A stretch of 62,134 nt of DNA, the filler included, from Squatina squatina (lineage: Eukaryota): assembly GCA_031763465.1 (NCBI GenBank). It is 4 parts of 4 records of this genome, joined end to end, with 100 filler letters (N's around TTAATTAATTAA, not from the genome) between each part and the next. Parts side by side here need not be neighbours in the genome. Positions count along the whole stretch, not along the records: positions 1 to 13,986 come from JARFOE010000100.1; positions 14,087 to 28,156 come from JARFOE010000192.1; 2 more parts are not named here. One strand, given 5' to 3'. Each line of letters begins with the position of its first letter. The stretch's first letter is position 1. The translations under genes were made by a program, and so were the position numbers. The notes below the pieces were generated by a model. The model made no database searches. It saw only the letters and a program-made list of their open reading frames with translations, and was not told where the DNA came from. This document shows, piece after piece, positions 12,501 to 23,330 of the stretch.

Positions 12501-14030
12501 GACAACTGATGGTGTTGAATGCTGCAAGGCACCATTCCGTATTTTGGAGTTAAAATGCTGCAGTTAGTTTTTAACGGCTTAACATTCCTGATTCTAGCAT
12601 CCATCTGATGGGGTACTGCAAGCACAAGCCAAGGACCGTGTCGTGCAATCCAGCTTACTTAGTTTCCAAATAGTGAGCTTTATGTAATAAACTTTACTGT
12701 GCATTGTGCTGCAATTTGTGTTTTTTGACCCTTCTGCTCATTTGGAAGATGAAGGTGAATTAACACAGTTAATAATATTGATTAACAGGATGTGTCCTAC
12801 ACCCTGAGGCCTGCAACCCATAGCATTTGTTCATTTCCCACCCTGGGACCCTGGACTTAGTGTAGTTCATCTTCACGCCCTTCTGGTACAATTAGTCAGA
12901 GGGGTGGTTATGCCCATGTATTGTACTGACAGGCCTCAAGGTGAATGCTGTGCTCTTGCTAGGGGCAACATTCAAGTCTACATATAGATGGAGGGCTGGT
13001 AGCAAAAGCTTAGTGTACCTCTATTCTCCTGAATCTGCTGATTTCTTTTCCCATCCTTCTTTGTAGAAGAACCTCCCATATCTTGTAAGGTATAGTACAA
13101 TTTATTTACTAGCTTATAGTAAATTTACTTCTGTAAATTTGCCCATGTCAATATAGAGAATAATGGTTGCTCTTCACCTAAGCAACCCCTAATATTAGCT
13201 TCACATAAAAACCATGCAGCTTTATTAAGGCCTGAACATGTTTGTGTAAATCAGACCAGGCTGACTCCCATTTAAAACCATTTCTCAAATTCATAGGAGT
13301 TGAGAAATGATTTGTTGAACAAATGAGCTTCCATGTAGATTTGTTTTTTAAGCTCCGAATTTCAAATGCATGAATGACAAACCTAAATTTAACTCTCTCC
13401 GTGATAGAGGTTGAATGGGAAAAAGGTAACATTTTGGTATAGTGTGATGGGCAATGACCCTGAATGAGTGCCCATGCTGAAGCTAACTGCAACTCATTAA
13501 AGGGACAGTATGAGAGTGAGCGGTCTCTTATTTCCTCATTAAATGTGGTTGCCAGGTTTCATTTCTTCTCTGCACTTATGTAGTTAGAGCGAAGTGATAG
13601 GCAGCTAATATGGTAGGTGTAGTCATTTCTTGTATTGCCCTGGATTATCTGTAGGGTTGCAGTGTTGGCTAGCACTTGCACCTGATCATTTTTAATGAAT
13701 TTGATTTATTCTCAAGTACCTGAACGGTTGCTGCTTTCTTTTTTGTAAGAAGGATGGGGGAGAGGAAATTGGGTGGAAATTCTGCTTCTGCACTCCTGGC
13801 ACATGCCAAGAAGTTCTGCAACCCTAGTTCATGATTTTTTTTTGTCCATTTAAAATGAATGGGCAGACGATTATGTGCTTGGTGGTGGCCCCGATATGCA
13901 CTCCAGCAAGTGCAGAAGAGGAATTTTCACTCATTATTTTGAAGCGATAGTAAATGTAGTTTTATAATTTAACTTGGTTCTTAATANNNNNNNNNNNNNN
14001 NNNNNNNNNNNNNNNNNNNNNNNNNNNNNN

Positions 14031-14042
14031 TTAATTAATTAA
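14031..14042. other. Artificial scaffold linker TTAATTAATTAA within N padding
   Basis: Stop codons in all six frames, flanked by 44 N on each side. Repeated at 28201 and 40297. Confidence 0.95.
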
Positions 14043-14086
14043 NNNNNNNNNNNNNNNNNNNNNNNNNNNNNNNNNNNNNNNNNNNN

Positions 14087-14435
14087 TCATCGCCGTGTGC
14101 AATGACCCCTCACCGCCCCATGCTGATCCCCGCCAGCTGCGAGGCTGGCGCTTCTTAAAGGGGAGGGTGCCAGCGCCCCCGGGCCGCCATCTTTATTTGT
14201 CGGCCAACTCTCGAATTGGCTCAACAGAGCAACTGCGTAGTGCTTCCTTCAGTACCCCAGTAGCGTCCTGGTTACCACCTCCAAAGGAAGTGGAGAGCGC
14301 GAGATTACGCTCTGCTTCCTTTGAGGGGCGGTAAGTGCAATTCGTGGCAGGGGCGGGACTTCTGTGCCGAGTGCTAAAAGTCCCGGCCCCAGATAGTTTC
14401 CGCCCCCAACCAGGGCGCAGGGCAATTTTGGCCCC
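14087..14435. mobile_element. GC-rich Harbinger-type MITE, right end
   Basis: CpG-rich segment ending in aattttggcccc, the same terminal repeat as the complete element at 21085-21744. Confidence 0.55.
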
Positions 14436-14857
14436 AGAACTCCTCGTTTTTGGACTCTTTGTAATGCAGGCATCTTTTGTGCCCAGCATTTCTAGGTTGC
14501 AAATTATGCAATTTCCCTCAGTTGCATGGTGTCATAATATTTGCCGGACAGATTATGTGTGCCCCAACACCAACTAGAAATTGTAACAGGTGGATAATGG
14601 GGAAGGAAATCCGGCTTAACCTGGTCCTGCCCCAAATTCTTTCGCCTGTCTACCTAGATTGTGCTGTCTTTGTGGTGACCTGAGGGGGAAAAATGGGGCT
14701 TTTTTTGGCTAATGGGGAAGTTGTCATTGATTACAGGAATGCTAATTTGTGATGATTTCAATTATAAAGGAAGAGATGGACAGCTTTGTTTCTGCCCCTT
14801 TGTTCAAAGCAAAAGGCTGTTTTTGATTGGTTTTCTCAATGCTAATGGTATTTACAG

Positions 14858-15074
14858 AATGACTGCTGAGCTCCTTCGTCTACTCTGTGCAGACGCTCAA
14901 GTGAGAGAACAGGTGAAGATCTATGAAGGGATTCCTATTATGCTCAGTTTGCTGCATTCTGACCACCTCAAATTGCTATGGAGTGTTGTTTGGATCTTAG
15001 TTCAGCTCTGTGAGGATCCAGATACCAGCACCGAGATTCGCTTGTGGGGGGGCATCCAGCAGCTCCTCCACATT
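14858..15074 (+). CDS. NEK10: NEK10 ARM-region exon (3' end lost)
   Basis: tttacag acceptor. Reads MTAELLRLLCADAQVREQVKIYEGIPIMLSLLHSDHLKLLWSVVWILVQLCEDPDTSTEIRLWGGIQQLLHI. Confidence 0.88.
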
Positions 15075-15159
15075 CGGCTAACACGCCTGATTTCTTGCCT
15101 CCAGATCGCCAAAAGGGGCGCACGTTTCACACTGGTAGCTCGCCGAATTAAAAGAAAGG

Positions 15160-15556
15160 CTTGCATTTATATAGCTCCCTTCACGACCCAGAGCGCTTTC
15201 CAGCCAATGAAACACTTTTTGAAGTGTAGTCGCTGTTGTAATGTAGGAAATGTAGCAGCCAACTTGTGCACAGCAAACTCCTACAATGTGATCATGACCA
15301 GATAATCTGTTTTTTAGTAATGTTGATTGAGAGATAAATATTGGCCAGGACACCGGGGATAACTCCCCTGCTCTTCTTCTAAATAGTGTCATGGGCTCTT
15401 TAACGCCCACCTGAGACAGCAGACACAGGTTTGGTTTAACGTCTCATCTGAATGGCGGCAGCTCTGACAGTGCAGCACTCCCTCAGCACTGCATTGGAGT
15501 GTCAGCCTAGATTTTTGTGCTCACATCTCTGGAGTGGGACTTGAACCCACAACCTT
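15160..15556 (-). mobile_element. Deu-domain tRNA-SINE copy
   Basis: Near-complete homology to the copy at 1490-1911. Confidence 0.8.
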
Positions 15557-15656
15557 NNNNNNNNNNNNNNNNNNNNNNNNNNNNNNNNNNNNNNNNNNNN
15601 NNNNNNNNNNNNNNNNNNNNNNNNNNNNNNNNNNNNNNNNNNNNNNNNNNNNNNNN

Positions 15657-16070
15657 GTACAGCTGGGGCAGCCCTTCTCCCAGATGCTGGGAATAACTGG
15701 GCCCTCCTCCTCTCCACCCTAGACACCAGTATCTCCAGCACCTCATCTGAGAAACGACGACTTCTATTCACGGCTGACCTATCGCCAAAGTCTGAGCCAA
15801 AGAAGCTGCAGAAGTGTGAGCAGCCAAGCTTTTAAATGAATGAAGGCAGTGGAAATGTAATTGAACAACGATCTGGGTCACCTGATAGAGCTGTGAGCAG
15901 TCAAGAGTGCACCCCTATAGTGCCTCCAGGCAGCTGTCAGCACCTCCAACAGCACCACGCCTGGTCAGAATGAAAACGTTAGGGAATTTTTCAGCTCTAT
16001 GACGCTATTAACGCTGGGTGCTAATCAGTGCTGCAGCGTTTCAAGTGTGGCGACAGCCAATTTAGGCCCC
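15657..16070 (-). mobile_element. PIF/Harbinger transposon left end with start of Myb/SANT-like ORF
   Basis: Terminal ggggcctaaattgg on the minus strand at 16070. ORF from 15771 reads MNRSRRFSDEVLEILVSRVERRRAQLFP, resembling Harbinger Myb/SANT (NAIF1-type) N-termini. Confidence 0.65.
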
Positions 16071-16426
16071 ATGTTATTTTATATAGACATTCGTTTCGGG
16101 TGGTGTTGCATTGGATGCTCGTTATCCACAGCACCTGATGTTCAGTTCCTTTGCAGTCAATGCAAATGAGTATCAGGCGCTGCGTATAATGGACTGCCAA
16201 TCCGTACCGCCCATTTTGCATCACCGCCCATGACAAATGTCTAGGCTGTAGAGAACAGGTACCTTGGGTCCTGAATGTTAACACTGAAGATATGGATGAA
16301 TCATATTTAACATTTGGTATCAGGTGATTCAGGTAGTGTTGCGTTGGTATTTTATTGTATTGTTTTATTAGCTTTCAACAACAGAAACATTAAATGTATA
16401 TTTTAGATCTCTTCTTGAATTTACAG

Positions 16427-16564
16427 GTTAGGAAATACAGTGGACAGAATCTGCTAGCTATGAAAGAAGTTAATTTGCACAACCCAGCTTTTGGAAAAGA
16501 TAAAAAAGACCGTGACAGCAGTGTGGAGAAAATTGTGTCAGAACTAACAATAATTAGAGAACAG
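16427..16564 (+). CDS. NEK10: NEK10 kinase N-lobe exon
   Basis: ttacag/gtgcat boundaries. Reads VRKYSGQNLLAMKEVNLHNPAFGKDKKDRDSSVEKIVSELTIIREQ. Confidence 0.9.
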
Positions 16565-17422
16565 GTGCATTTTCTTTGTCACTTAAAAAAAAAAGTACTG
16601 TCCCTGTTTCATTTATAGAGTATATTGGAAAATCATTACTGATGGTCATTTTCAGTGAGCTGTGAGATTGTATTAGGTGAAGAATGTCTTCTGAAAGGAC
16701 GTTAATCCATTTATACTGAAGTTTCTAGTAAAAATGCATCAACATACAGAGCATTACACAAGTTAGATTATCATACAAGTGAAAAGAGGCAATTTTTATT
16801 TCATGCTTTTAAAATATAATGATTTTTAAAAATTCATTCATGGTATGTGGGCATCACTGGCAAGGCCAGCATTTATTGCCTGTCCCTAGTTGCCTTTGAA
16901 AAGGTGGTGGTGAGCTGCCTTCTTGAGCTGCTGCAGTATGTGTGGTGAAGGTAGTCGNNNNNNNNNNNNNNNNNNNNNNNNNNNNNNNNNNNNNNNNNNN
17001 NNNNNNNNNNNNNNNNNNNNNNNNNNNNNNNNNNNNNNNNNNNNNNNNNNNNNNNNNGTAATACGATGAATGACGTGTATCAATGCTTTTTATACTTTTA
17101 CTGTATACAACTTGCATTGTCCAATTCAGAATTAACTATCAACAGTAGCTTTTCTAGCCTGTGGTTTGCCTGTTAATTGGTTCAGTATAAAAAGACTTAA
17201 TGAAATGCATGTGGTATCATCAATATAAAGTTTTGTCTCTCACTGTCCTGTTAATCATTTATTTACTTTTCCAAATCAGAGTGTTTTAGAGTTTTGTAAT
17301 CTTAAATATGTATTAATGGAGAACTCTACTCACACAGTCTTTATTGTTTATATAACTGTTGCATCATATTTTAAGTGTGTATTTTTCTTACAAATATTCT
17401 ACCCAATTACTTTTATTTTTAG

Positions 17423-17525
17423 ATATGCCTTGCCCTGCGTTATTTGCACAAAGAAAAAAGAATTGTCCACAGAGATCTTACACCTAACAATATAATGCTG
17501 GGTGAGCAAGACAAGGTAACAATAA
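17423..17525 (+). CDS. NEK10: NEK10 catalytic-loop exon
   Basis: tttag/gtaagt boundaries. Reads ICLALRYLHKEKRIVHRDLTPNNIMLGEQDKVTI, with the NEK10-typical HRDLTPNN. Confidence 0.92.
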
Positions 17526-18775
17526 GTAAGTATGAAACTTAAGAATATTTGTGCAAGCCTGCCTTTCGAAGTTAATTATTAGGGACAATCAGGAATGCTC
17601 AATTGTACAAGTGAAATTCTTTTAACATTTTATTGCAATTCACTGCAACATAACTTGGAGAGTCCCTATGCCGAGACTCTGCTACACATATGCCTAATCT
17701 TTTTGGAATTGTGTGCATGGAATGTTTTCCTATGGGGAGAAAGTATTTTACTTCATATTAAACAAACAGAAACTCCATGTGTGGAATTCTCAGTGCCTTT
17801 GGAGAAGTTTAAACATGGAGGATAGGTTTCTGCACATCAGACACCCAGCTGATCAAAAATAACTGTACTTGTAATGATTTATTTAAGCATTCAAACCTTG
17901 AAATGTATGACTTCCCATGATGGAGAATGAAATATACCTTACAAGGTCCCACACAAGAGATTAGTGTGCAAAATTAAAGCACNNNNNNNNNNNNNNNNNN
18001 NNNNNNNNNNNNNNNNNNNNNNNNNNNNNNNNNNNNNNNNNNNNNNNNNNNNNNNNNNNNNNNNNNNNNNNNNNNNNNNNNNGAAGGACCTAGACTGAGA
18101 AAGCTCACGGTGGTTGTGGGAAGCCTCCTCATGGAAGTGCACACAAGTCTTCTCAATGTTAAAAAAATTCCAGAACACACAGAGAACTACCCATGTGGCC
18201 AGTCTATATCATTCCTTGTGTGATTGAAGTACACAAAATGTCTGTTGGTTCTAGTGGTGGTGTTAGTTGTAAGTACACCTTTCAGCATTTAGCTGTCACC
18301 ATACAAGCTATTTGTGTGCACCACTCAAACTGTGTTATGCAGCTTTTCTGCCTTTAAAGAGTTGGTAGAAAAGGAGAATGAGTGTTTCCAATGGTTTAGA
18401 TGCTACCTGTGTGAGCGTGCTGCAAGTCACAATTTGGCTTTGTGCCATATGTGGTGAACTCCAATAGAAATGTGTATAACCTTGCGGTTATTGAGGAGTT
18501 TCCAGAATCATCTGTTTCCTGTGGCGTTCTCTTATATTGTGGGTTTTGCCTTTATTTTCAAATAAACTTCACACATTGCTTAGGTATAACTGTTTTAAAA
18601 ATGCATATACATTACTTATTGTAAACTTACATTTTCACTAACAAATTTAACGCAGTGATATAGTAGTATTCACAAAATTTATGTTATACATTGTAGTACT
18701 CAATTCAATTGAAAATTGCATTTTTGGGTACCATGTTGTTAGCTATATTTGCTCACTGCATATTTTCAATTGTAG

Positions 18776-18851
18776 CTGATTTTGGCCTTGCAAAACAGAA
18801 ACAAGAAAACAGCAAGATGACTTCAGTTGTTGGGACTATCCTATATTCCTG
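18776..18851 (+). CDS. NEK10: NEK10 DFG/activation-loop exon
   Basis: tgtag/gtaagc boundaries. Reads (T)DFGLAKQKQENSKMTSVVGTILYS and is in phase with the previous exon. Confidence 0.92.
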
Positions 18852-20410
18852 GTAAGCCTAAAGCTGGAATTTAACTATAGCCATTCCTTTGATCTCGTTA
18901 ATCTACAGGATGAGTGCGCATTACAAAAATTAATGCATTCCACTGCAAAGTATTTTGCTAATAGAGTTTGATTTGATCTTAAAGGAGCTGCTTAATTTGA
19001 TCAAATAGTAGTGCAGTATCTATTAATTGATTCATATTAACTCCAATTTTCTGTACAGATTCAGCCACTTGGTCGGAGTAACACTTAACAGTTGAAACTG
19101 AGTTGGTATGGTGTTTGGGTACCTGCTTTATAGTTCTTCGATTCTGTGGCTTGGGGTGTTCTATTTGTCAGTTCTTAGTTACGCTGTTTTACAGAAATCA
19201 CCAAACATGTTACAGGTTTGAGAAGTTAGTGAACCCATGTTTGCCTTTGAGCAAGTCGACCATCCACTGGTTGGTTCCTGGAGCCAACTGTTATTTTACT
19301 TATGGAGTAGCATAGTTCAATTCCGCATGCTGTTAATTTAAAGTGATGGTGATAGGTTAATAAAGGGAGAGGTTTAGTGGAAAAAAACTCAGTCAATCCA
19401 CTTGTGTGCAAGTCCATTTTGGGGAGTGGAACTGCACACAAGTGATAGAATTTTCATGTCCTGAGGATGTCCCAAAGNNNNNNNNNNNNNNNNNNNNNNN
19501 NNNNNNNNNNNNNNNNNNNNNNNNNNNNNNNNNNNNNNNNNNNNNNNNNNNNNNNNNNNNNNNNNNNNNNNNNNNNNCCAGATGAAGTTATCAAGTAAAA
19601 AGACAGGTTTCATGCACATTAAAGCAAAGGGTTTGGAATGTATTCATTTCAAGCAAATGTTAGCATCAACGATTCTCAAGTCAGGTATAGCAGCCAGCTG
19701 CAAGTCAAACTCTCTGCAACATTTTAAGTCCAATCTATAAATAACACCTACTGCACCCGTGGGACATTTCCAATTTGCACACCTCCCTGAGTGTGAGATT
19801 GACAATTAATGTTCAATAGGGGCAACTTTGTGGCTGAAACAATAGAACCTAATACTCAAACACATTTCACCATATCATTAGCAGAGTGACAAGGCCTTCA
19901 TATTATGTCTGATTTGGATTCAAACCCAGGCCTCAGAGCTGAAAAGAGCAGTATGCTACCCTCATTGCATCACCTAGTTGAAGACAGTTCATTTCAAGAA
20001 AAGCTTTTTTTCTAACTTTGTACGAAGAGGTAAGTGAACATAAGAACAGACTGTGGATGTATTGTATTGTTCCTGATGTTCCCCAATGACAGGTAGAAAT
20101 GGAAATAAGTACAGAATGAGTGATACTGCTGTACTTTTCACATCACATGCATAAAGTGATGCCACTTTGACATTCCTGCATTAGTGTTTTGTTTTGAAAC
20201 TTAGGATGCATTTCATAATTCATAAAATGTTTGCTGCTTTTGGATTGTTTAATGAGGCCACAATATATATTGTGCATTATGATGTATAAAAATTGCTGAA
20301 TGCAGTACCTTCAGACTCTTATATTGAGAAACTATGTTGATTTCCTCTAATTTATGTATGAATTAAAGAGAAGCTCTCACTTGAAGAATTTTTCTCCTCT
20401 TTCCTCACAG

Positions 20411-20521
20411 CTTCCACCTACTTTACATCACAACTTTCGAAAAAGTGTTATTGATAGGTTTAAGAAGTCATTATTCAGTCCGCAGAGCAACCCCTGCAAC
20501 TTGAAAGCAGAGCTCAAAAAG
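20411..20521 (+). CDS. NEK10: NEK10 C-terminal region exon
   Basis: cctcacag/gtttgt boundaries. Reads LPPTLHHNFRKSVIDRFKKSLFSPQSNPCNLKAELKK. Confidence 0.85.
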
Positions 20522-20839
20522 GTTTGTTGTTATAACACAAATAAAATGATCTGATGCAACTATCTGAGAGTTCAGTATTGCTTAATTTCAAAGATATACT
20601 TCTGAACGACATAGAGATCTTCAAAGTGAAGGGATTATAATAGGGGTAATTTCAAAAAAATCAAGAATCACAGGAAACATCTGTCCAAAAACCCTCTGAA
20701 ACATTTGCCCAGTGGAGCAGATTGTTCACAGGCCAAGCAGGGAGACATGATAATACCAGGAGATATGGGATCCTGCCCTGTATAGCCATCTCTCCCACCA
20801 CCACCAAACGCCTCACCTGCCTTGAAATTATACAGGACT

Positions 20840-22040
20840 ATTTTGAGACCACACCTGGAGTACAGTGTACAGTTTTGGTCTCATTACTGAAGGAAGGATA
20901 TACTTAACATAGAGGGCGTAAAACAAAGTTTCATCAGATTGATTCCTGGGATGAGAGGATTGTCCTATGAGGTGAGATTGAGTAGATTGGGCCTATACTC
21001 TCTGTTCAGAAAAATGAGAGNNNNNNNNNNTGGCAGGTTAGCTGCTGGGAGGCTGTTTCCCTTGGCTGGAAAGCATAGAACTAGGGGGCCAAAATTCCCT
21101 GGCACCGCGTTTAAAACGCCTACAGGGCGGGAGTTGGCATTTCGCTCGCCGGCACCCATCCTGCCCCTCCCGGAATTCAGTGCTCCGGGGTGCCTGTGGG
21201 ACGCCACCGGCGTCTGAAGTGCCGTGTCAGCACATTGTGCGCTGATGTCAGCAGGACAGCCGGGCCACCCTTAAAGGGGAGTGCGGTCGGCCATCCTGAG
21301 CATGCTACCCTGGGCCACCAGGGCCTCCAGTGACTGGACCACCAGCCAGGCGTGCCAGGCGAGGTGATGATGGCCCAATCTGGCCGAAGGGCCGCCAAAA
21401 ATGGCGGCTGGAAGCGCAGACGCCCTCCCCTTTAAGGAGCCCGGTTTTCCTGTTGCTGCAATTGCCCTGCGCTACTGCCTCATCCCGTGGGTGAATTTCA
21501 CCTGCGGGAGGCAAACGGAGCACCAAGGGCGTTACGGTTGCGCGGTGCGGGTCAGTGCGCATCTTGATGGTGTCACGTGCCAACCCGCCGTGAAATTCAG
21601 CTGGGCAGGCGCAAAGGCCGTTGCACCCCAGCAGAATTTCAGGGGAGGTGAGATGGCCGCCTACCGACGCCATTTAAAAAAAAGGTCCCAATAGCGCCCC
21701 TCAGAGGCGCTAATGAAACGTTAAAGGAGGCCAATTTTGGCCTCTAGGAGTCATAGTCTTAGACTAAAGGATCGGCCATTTAGGACTGAAATGAGGGGAA
21801 ATTTCTTCACTCATAGGGTTGTGAATCTTTAGAATTCTCTACCCCAGACCGCTCTTGGATACTCATTCGTTCAGTATTTTTAAGACTGAGATCAATAGAT
21901 TTTTGGATACTAAGGGAATCAAGGGAAACAGGACTAGGGCGGGAAGGGGGAGTTGAGATAGAAGATCAGCCATGATCTTATTCAATGGCGCAGCAGGCTC
22001 AAGAGGCCTTATGGTTTACTCCTGCTCCTATTTCTTATAT
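20840..22040 (+). mobile_element. CR1-like LINE 3' end, interrupted by a MITE
   Basis: LRPHLEY.VQFWS-type ORF2 C-terminus and CR1 3' UTR. The sequence resumes collinearly after 21747. Confidence 0.8.
21085..21744. mobile_element. Complete Harbinger-type MITE with 3-bp TSD
   Basis: TIRs ggggccaaaatt / aattttggcctc (1 mismatch). TAG is duplicated at 21082-21084 and 21745-21747. Removing the element restores the CR1 sequence agaactaggagtcatagtc. Confidence 0.8.
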
Positions 22041-23129
22041 TCTGATATGCCAGGCATTATGCCAACCTGGGACTCAGCAAGACTCCTCACTCCCTCCTCT
22101 TGTGACTTGAGTCCCTTGGCAAGGAAACCCTGACAAAGTGACCCTTTCAACTGTGAAAAATTGTGTNNNNNNNNNNNNNNNNNNNNNNNNNNNNNNNNNN
22201 NNNNNNNNNNNNNNNNNNNNNNNNNNNNNNNNNNNNNNNNNNNNNNNNNNNNNNNNNNNNNNNNNNAGATGTATAATGTATCTTATGAGTATTTTTCTGA
22301 TAGCTCCTTCAAGGGTCCCCTGAACTGATTGAACTGAACTTTGTGACAGCGGATTGTAATTTAATGCATCAGACGTCAAGAGAGAATGCGGCATTCCCTG
22401 GAGACAGGGCAGGTAATAATCATTTAATAGATACCTGGCCTATCACACAAAGCATGTTGAACTCTGGAGTGTTATTTATGAGTGAAGAAAACCAACAACT
22501 TGTGAGCAAAAGCCCTGTCATTTTACTTGTTAATATATTGTCTATACCTTAGAACCACCCTGTACAACCAACTGTTTATTTTCAGTGAAATACCTTATAT
22601 AGACATTGATTATAAATAACCTAACTACAAAAACAACTACAATATCTTACTTATGAGAGGAAAAATTACAATTACTTGCATTTATATGTAGCACCTTTAA
22701 CATAATGATTGATAGCATGGTTGAGAAGATACACATTGAGGACGCTTTTAACAGCGGGAGAGAAGGGGCAAGGCACAGGGGTTTAGGGAGGGATGTCTAG
22801 AGAATAGGGCTGAGATGACACTTAACAAAGACCCCTGCCAGCTAAAATGTTGCAAAATGAAGCTGTATTGTATTGATGTGAATGTATAGACCAGAGATCA
22901 TGTATATGACTGAATACTTCAACTGTTTAGAATAAGGGTGATCAGTTTACAAAATTAAATTATTCATATGAAAACAAATTTGCTTTTTTATGTTCTTAAA
23001 TAATTTATGAACTTCATATTAATTCTGCACATTCCTACTCTCTTAGAGGATCTTATGTTTATGAATAATCCTACTTATTAAAGTTTTATTCACAACAAAA
23101 TCTAATCTAGCCTATTCAAAAGGTAAAGA

Positions 23130-23330
23130 AAGACTGAAATTTATCTAGCACCTTCCACAACCTTAGAATGTCCCAAAGCACATTACAGCCACTGAAGTAC
23201 TTTTTGTAGTGTAGTCACTGTTGTAATGTAGGAGACATGGCTGTCTATTTGCACACAGCAAGCTCCCACAAACAGCAATGTGATAATGACAAGATAATCT
23301 GTTTTAGTGATGTTGAGGGATAAATATTGG
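23130..23330 (-). mobile_element. Deu-domain SINE 3' half
   Basis: Same tail sequence as the other copies. Confidence 0.75.

Noticed and set aside
14712-15305. 197-aa ORF as a standalone gene
   Set aside because: Only 14858-15074 is a NEK10 exon. The rest is intron and SINE read-through.
23047-23122. AG...GT-bounded segment resembling an exon in the NEK10 scaffold
   Set aside because: It has stops in all three frames and no recognisable homology.
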